Below are positions 61,801 to 64,000 of a DNA stretch of 64,000 nucleotides, piece after piece (the stretch's first letter is position 1; the number at the start of each line of letters is the position of its first letter). The notes under the pieces are model-generated. The model did not search any database. It was not told the DNA's origin and saw nothing but the letters and a program-made list of their open reading frames with translations. The stretch covers positions 246,371 to 310,370 of the forward strand of contig NW_002060959.1 of the NCBI RefSeq assembly GCF_000150275.1, read 5' to 3'. This DNA comes from Trichoplax adhaerens. Its lineage: Eukaryota; Animalia; Placozoa. Position numbers and translations under genes: made by a program.

Positions 61801-62640
61801 CGTTAATTGCCTAGTGATAAGACCATCATTAAAAAGAAACACTTGGTCTTTCAGCCATCAGCGGCAAGACCTTTGAACTCGGCTTTTGCCCAATTTCCAT
61901 TGGTAGAGTTGAAATACCCGTGTACACATCGATAGACTCGTTTATCGAGCAGGATTACATTGGCAAATGATTTAGTGATTACAAAGATTGAATTGAAACT
62001 ATCGGAGATTGTATTGGTTTGAATTGGTTGAGCAAGCGGTTCCGATTTTTGTTTCCCTCCTTGCGTCTAGTAGAGATTGGAGAATAGAGCCTTGATCTTG
62101 TCCAATGGGAAAATGTGGTTATGCCCATCAAGCTGACAACAGGTTTGTGTGTCCATGATGATCAACTATCGTTGTCTATCCTTACTTGATTAGGCTACAC
62201 AGTTAAAGAGTCTATCTTGAGCTCCATAGAGCATGGGTAAAATGGTGGAAGGGATTTTGAACGGGCTTGCAAGGTTTCATTGAGCGCTTTGAAGGGTTGG
62301 CTATCCTCGATAGCGCTACGCTCCCTATCTACAGTAGACGCATTGAGTATATTAGCAAGACGAGACGTGACTAATCTGCCATTAGTACAGTTTACTCGTC
62401 CATGGACAAGAAAGAGATTGCATTTCTTGTACTCTATGTACGCCTATATCCTTGGCACAACGTGAGCGATCATCGAGTTGATTCCATCACCCGAATATCG
62501 GCGATAGCGCTGCCATTTTGATTGGCATTGGTTCGCAGTAATATTGGAGTATGATTTGCTCATTTGTACAACCTTCTAGTTGCAATCACAGAAAATAGTA
62601 GAAGCAATTGTTGGACTAATAACGTGCCTATAGAATATAC

Positions 62641-63435
62641 ACTACGACAAAGATGGACTTTTTTTCCATACCAAAGTCTTTGGTAGAAGGGATAAAGATA
62701 CGCTCTCTCTTCAGCGCAAAAATAACCTCCATCTATTTTATATCATTATGTACAGTGCACCATTAGTCTTTTCCATACCTAGAATCGATGGTAGAAGGGA
62801 TAAAGACACGCTCTCTCTTTAGCGTAAAAATAACCTCCATCTATTTTATATCATTATATACAGTGCACCATTAGTCTTTTCCATACCTAGAGTCGATGGT
62901 AGAAGGGATAAAGACACGCTCTCTCTTTAGCGTAAAAATAACCTCCATCTATTTTATATCATTATATACAGTGCACCATTAGTCTTTTCCATACCTAGAG
63001 TCGATGGTAGAAGGGATAAAGATACGCTCTCTCTTCAGCGCAAAATGTTGATAGTCGTCAATTAGCTAGAATTCCTACAGTATCCCATTCTCGTCCATGT
63101 GCCATGTCGAGATGGTTGCAATTCGGATAGTCTTGGCCTCTATTCCATGTACAGAAAATAGCATAAGCGATCGTTGGGCTAATAACCTGCATCGATCATG
63201 GACACTACGACAAGCATGGACTTTTCCATACCTAGAGTCCATGCTAGAAGGGATAAAGACACACTGTCTCTTCAGCGCAAAAATAACCTGCATCGTTCAT
63301 CTACTGTACAGCACACTAATCCAAGCATGGACTTTTGCATACCCAGAGTCTACGGTAGAAGGGATAAAGATACGTTCTCTCTTCAGCGTAAAATGATGAT
63401 CATCGTCAATTAGCTAGAATCCCACAGTATCCCAT
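62641..63435. repeat. 108-bp minisatellite nested in a larger two-copy repeat
   Basis: CCATACCTAGAGTCGATGGTAGAAGGGATAAAGACACGCTCTCTCTT at 62666, 62773, 62881, 62989 and again near 63225 and 63340. Confidence 0.93.
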
Positions 63436-64000
63436 CGACGGATTGATTGACGAGAACAGTACTATCCCTCTAGGCCCCAGAATGGAGATGGTCTACAATC
63501 ATTTGACAATTGTTAGCAGAGTCAATATGTTGCTCTTTTCTTTCTCCATTTCGTGGAGGGCTTACGCTGCGCCACCGTCTAGGATGGTATACCATCCTAG
63601 ACGGTGAAATCAATCTGATCGAGTTGTACTTGTTGAACAAGCACAACGACTCCAACTCCTGTTGTACAGTAGAGTCTATCGAAGACATTATGGCACAACG
63701 TGGAATCCACTGGAGAAAAAACCTTGCTGGCTCCACTCGACAGGCAATATAGCAAGAAGAGGAGCCTGGAGACGAAAGCGCTCTCGAGCGCATTGATGAC
63801 TCTCCATTGGTTAGGATAACGATTAATTAAGGTGATTGAAATGAGAAAATGGCAATCCTATTGACCATTTTATATAGTACTACACTAATGCAAACTGCTA
63901 GAGATTACTCTACTGGGAAATGAAAACGGTAGGACTACTGTACATTATGATATCGTCGACGACGACGACCTGGGCAATAAATGTACAAAGTGGTGGCGGC

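Noticed and set aside
62660-63413. 108-bp unit as a coding repeat
   Set aside because: The length is divisible by 3, but copies 2 and 3 have a TAG in the frame that is open in the later copies, and no long ORF spans the array.
54995-63435. Minisatellites as CRISPR arrays
   Set aside because: Whole units repeat with no unique spacers, there are no cas genes, and the context is eukaryotic.

Overview
AT-rich eukaryotic (animal) genomic DNA. Compact GT-AG introns, low GC and the gene content suggest a placozoan such as Trichoplax, but that is inference, not proof. The left end holds four spliced exons of DNAJC21 on the minus strand, which the ORF track misses. About 4.3-52.9 kb is a same-strand tandem array of intronless SV2-like (SLC22B/MFS) transporter genes: 9 intact paralogs plus at least 6 truncated or decayed copies. 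The paralogs share a remodelled central pocket relative to SV2A and a short Cys-bounded His-rich loop, and they differ in retention of an acidic dileucine sorting motif. The array carries a Ginger2/KRBA2-like transposase C-terminal ORF with subterminal repeats, a Harbinger-type MITE whose empty site is in the window, a solo LTR with a 5-bp TSD, and a near-identical transporter fragment fused to a Helitron-like 3' end. The right end has three minisatellite arrays with higher-order structure, a 50-N gap and unassigned candidate exons. All alignments and counts were made by eye.
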